Source of the DNA: Camelus ferus
Lineage: Eukaryota
Assembly (NCBI RefSeq): GCF_009834535.1
Contig: NC_045697.1
Location: 87,484,001 to 87,548,000, forward strand
Reading direction: 5' to 3'
Length of the DNA: 64,000 bases
A program made the translations under genes and the position numbers. The notes beneath the pieces are model-generated. The model had not been told where the DNA came from, searched no databases, and saw nothing but the letters and a program-made list of their open reading frames with translations. Below, piece after piece: positions 62,715 to 64,000 of the stretch (within the stretch, counting starts at the first letter, position 1; the number at the start of each line of letters is the position of its first letter).

Positions 62715-63170
62715 TCAGTCACTCATTCAGAACATTCCGTTATGCTCAGGCAGTAACCAAGAAAGATATGGCCTGTGCTGTGGGGGAGCTTACTGAGTGC
62801 AGAAGGCAGGCGTTACATAAAAATTACATAGCCATTAAATATATGATTATACAAAGAACTAATTCATCACAAATGTTTTGAGGGCTCAGAAACCTAAGTG
62901 AGAGTGCGTGACTGGTGTGGAGCGGAGGTGCGGGCAGGACAGCCTGGGATTTAATACAGACCTAGAGGCAGAGGAGAATTTCCTGGAGAAGTGACATTTA
63001 CACCAGAACAAGAAAGACAAGAGAGCTTGAAGAAGCATAAGGAGTGGTAATGGGGAAAGAAGGGTCTACCCAGGCCGAGGAAACAGGGTGTGAAAACCTG
63101 GAGGAAGCCAGGATCTAGAAGTTTTGTAGCATCTGAGAGAAAAGGCTGGAATGCTGAGCCCTGAGGCTCT
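62715..63170 (-). mobile_element. L2 3' region
   Basis: CACTCATTCAGAACATT...TGGCCTGTGCTGTGGGGGAGCTTAC; TTCCTGGAGAAGTGACATTT; CCAGGCCGAGGAAACAG. Confidence 0.7.
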
Positions 63171-64000
63171 GGGGGAAATTATACTGTAGAGACAAAAAGT
63201 TTTGATAGCACCCCATCTCTTTGTGGGCTTTATAATAAGTCAAATGCTTTTATTTTTAGGGGGACCCTCTATGTGGCAAAACTCCTACTCAGAGAAGTAC
63301 ACAAGTAATTGTATATCAATAACAGTGTTTCTTTGTTTTAAAGATACAATGATTCAGGAGATTGGGGATTGCATTCAGCTTTCCTCAAAGCACTGGCCTC
63401 TGCAGTAAAGTTACATTTATTATGGTCTCTTATCCTAGGAATTTGACCTTATTTTTCCCATGGGAAGAAGTTTCTTTCAAAGTGTAAACTCAATTTCAAT
63501 AAATAGCTGGTTCGCTCTGGAACAGTGGACTAAGGGAATTTCTGATTGTTTAACTTACATTCATTAAAAATAAGAAAACATGGCCCCTTAGATAAGGTGA
63601 TGAGAGCAATCTTTTATTTCTATAAATTCAATTAAGTAATAGAAGAAAGAATAAGATGCAGGAAAGGTAGAGCTTTAAAACTTGATGATATAATTTAAAA
63701 TTCTTTTTCTTAAAAACTTTGACCTAAAAAAGCTACTCTGTGTGGAAGGGGAAAAGAATAGAGCTGGAATGTTGTACGTGACTCTGTTCTATTAATGTAA
63801 ACAGGAAGGATGGAGAACATTTTTATTTTCTCTTTCCCTTTGGCAAGCTCTCAGCGCAGCTTCCTACGGGTGGAAATGGGCAATAAATAGCAGGGTATCC
63901 AGTGACCTCTTTCTAGGCCTCCTGGTTACGAGTATTGGCAAGAACCTCACTCCCATTTTCTTTCTTCTTATTTTTAGAGTGTGGATTTTTTTCTTTCTCA

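Noticed and set aside
1..64000. CRISPR arrays, operons or other prokaryotic/defence systems
   Set aside because: The sequence is clearly mammalian and repeat-laden, with no regularly spaced repeats or gene-dense ORFs.

Overview
This is 64 kb of mammalian non-coding DNA, most likely camelid (camel/alpaca/llama). That assignment rests on three tRNA-derived SINEs of the camelid Vic-1 type, artiodactyl-type L1 3' ends, and no Alu, B1, Bov-tA/BovB or PRE-1 copies that I could recognise. I found no recognisable protein-coding exon, RNA gene or prokaryotic system. The ORF track is explained by chance ORFs and decayed transposons. Much of the window is old eutherian repeats (MIR, L2, L1M, L3/CR1, MLT1, LTR16/41, MER34-like, MER5/58) plus younger L1, SINE and LTR insertions with visible TSDs. 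The rest is repeat-poor DNA with enhancer-like motifs. A small CpG-rich promoter-like element at about 7.2-7.65 kb has splice donors in both directions. Antisense-biased LTRs and a strong 30-nt micro-exon candidate suggest the remainder lies in introns of an unidentified + strand transcript. The most notable structures are: a ~210-bp templated copy of nearby DNA inserted inside an MLT1 LTR; a 29-bp-arm inverted repeat at 49.6 kb; a twin-primed 5'-inverted L1 inside a CR1 fossil; five RFX X-box-like palindromes; and a CTCF site. Repeat family names come from remembered consensus sequences rather than a search, and boundaries of old repeats are approximate.
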